A stretch of 26,773 nucleotides of DNA from an uncultured Deinococcaceae bacterium (GTDB taxonomy: Bacteria; Deinococcota; Deinococci; Deinococcales; Deinococcaceae), in contig CAXULY010000062.1 in the NCBI GenBank assembly GCA_964252075.1, positions 1 to 26,773 on the forward strand, read 5' to 3'. Below are positions 26,147-26,773 of this stretch, in pieces. Numbering within the stretch: the stretch's first letter is position 1; each line of letters opens with the position of its first letter. The position numbers and the translations under genes are program-made. The notes below the pieces were generated by a model that saw nothing but the letters and a program-made list of their open reading frames with translations, searched no databases and was not told the origin of the DNA.

Positions 26147-26451
26147 GAGCGGTCGAGGAGCGCGTGGAGGTCCGCGCGCGTCCCGTCATCATCCTGACCA
26201 GCGGCGACGGGCAGATAGCCGGGCCCGCCGTGCCGCAGACCATCGGGTACCTGCCTCACATGATTACGTGGGGCCGCCACCGCCTCCTCGTCAGCGAGGT
26301 GCTGGACGAGTGGCGCTTCGGTGGACGCTGGTGGCAGGACGAGCGCCCCAGGGACTGCTACCACGTGCGCTGCAGCAACGGTTGGGAGCTGGAGCTGCAC
26401 CGGGTGGACGACGAGGAGGGTGCGTGGTGGCTCACGCGCATTCAGGACTGA
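26143..26451 (+). CDS. DUF6504 / ImuB C-terminal-like small protein
   Basis: VSEVLDEWRFGGRWWQDERPRDCYHV...ELHR...WWLTRIQD matches the W-x5-WW...RDxY.V...W.L.R..D pattern I associate with DUF6504 and ImuB-C. Confidence 0.72.
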   Translation: MRAVEERVEVRARPVIILTSGDGQIAGPAVPQTIGYLPHMITWGRHRLLVSEVLDEWRFGGRWWQDERPRDCYHVRCSNGWELELHRVDDEEGAWWLTRIQD

Positions 26452-26533
26452 AGCGGGCCAGACACTCCTCTGGCCCGCTTCCATGGCGCTCAACACTGTC
26501 GTCCCACAGCGGAGCGCCGCCGGACAAGATACA
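26449..26533. repeat. Structured ~85-bp direct repeat, copy B
   Basis: Begins at the TGA stop of the DUF6504-like gene. Contains the perfect stem GAAGCGGGCCAGA/TCTGGCCCGCTTC and the stem GGCGCTC/GAGCGCC. Confidence 0.9.
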
Positions 26534-26624
26534 GGAAAGTGGGCGGAAACCGCCTGGAAACCGCCCGCAGGTCCACGCACAATGGACCGCCCATCCTGTG
26601 CGCCTGTCAGATTCTGAAACAGAA

Positions 26625-26656
26625 AGGGGCGGGCCACCTCTCCGCGGCCCGCCCCT
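26625..26656. other. GC-rich hairpin, possible terminator of a gene beyond the window
   Basis: AGGGGCGGGCC-ACCTCTCCGC-GGCCCGCCCCT, an 11-bp stem. Followed on the minus strand by TTCTGTTT. Confidence 0.55.
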
Positions 26657-26773
26657 GCGCTCAACCCCGCCGCATGCGAGGGAACGCAGCGGGAAGGGAA
26701 CTCGGTTCTCCCCGGACTCCCAGACTAGGGCGTGAAGTCCAAGCGGGCCCGCGCCGCCTTGCTTTGTGATCGC

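Larger units (their letters stand above)
24623..26773. mobile_element. End of an integrative element/genomic island inserted in tRNA-Val(GAC), extending beyond the right edge
   Basis: Displaced tRNA 3' fragment retaining a terminator, short direct repeats adjacent, and accessory-type cargo. No integrase inside the window. Confidence 0.65.

Noticed and set aside
24821..26533. CRISPR array, IS ends or canonical integron attC for the repeats
   Set aside because: Only two long copies 1.6 kb apart. No spacers, cas, transposase or terminal inverted repeats, and no RYYYAAC/GTTRRRY ends.

Overview
High-GC window, probably Deinococcus-like (inferred from gene content and a leaderless-type promoter; not proven). 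It has four blocks. (1) 1-9.7 kb is a general-stress-type cluster: a YsnF/AvaK 3' end, two SDRs, two Zn-dependent formaldehyde/alcohol dehydrogenase paralogs, an SRPBCC protein, a KGG stress peptide, a Mn-catalase, a DUF1990-like protein, a small membrane protein, and secreted low-complexity WGxxGxxG-tail and DUF4142 proteins. (2) 10.3-15.9 kb has an orphan PAS histidine kinase, a small lipoprotein, and glgE plus maltokinase. (3) 16-24 kb has a LacI regulator and a myo-inositol catabolic operon iolD-iolE-iolC-aldolase(iolJ-like)-iolG-iolB, with no iolA or transporter. (4) At 24623-24668 the 3' half of tRNA-Val(GAC), with its terminator, marks the attachment-site end of an integrated element extending right out of the window. 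Inside it, two ~85-bp direct repeats bracket a collagen-like lipoprotein, an 81-aa unknown ORF and a DUF6504/ImuB-C-like gene. Each repeat folds into two hairpins, and all four stem substitutions between the copies are G-U compatible on the minus strand. This repeat-bounded cassette is the most unusual feature.
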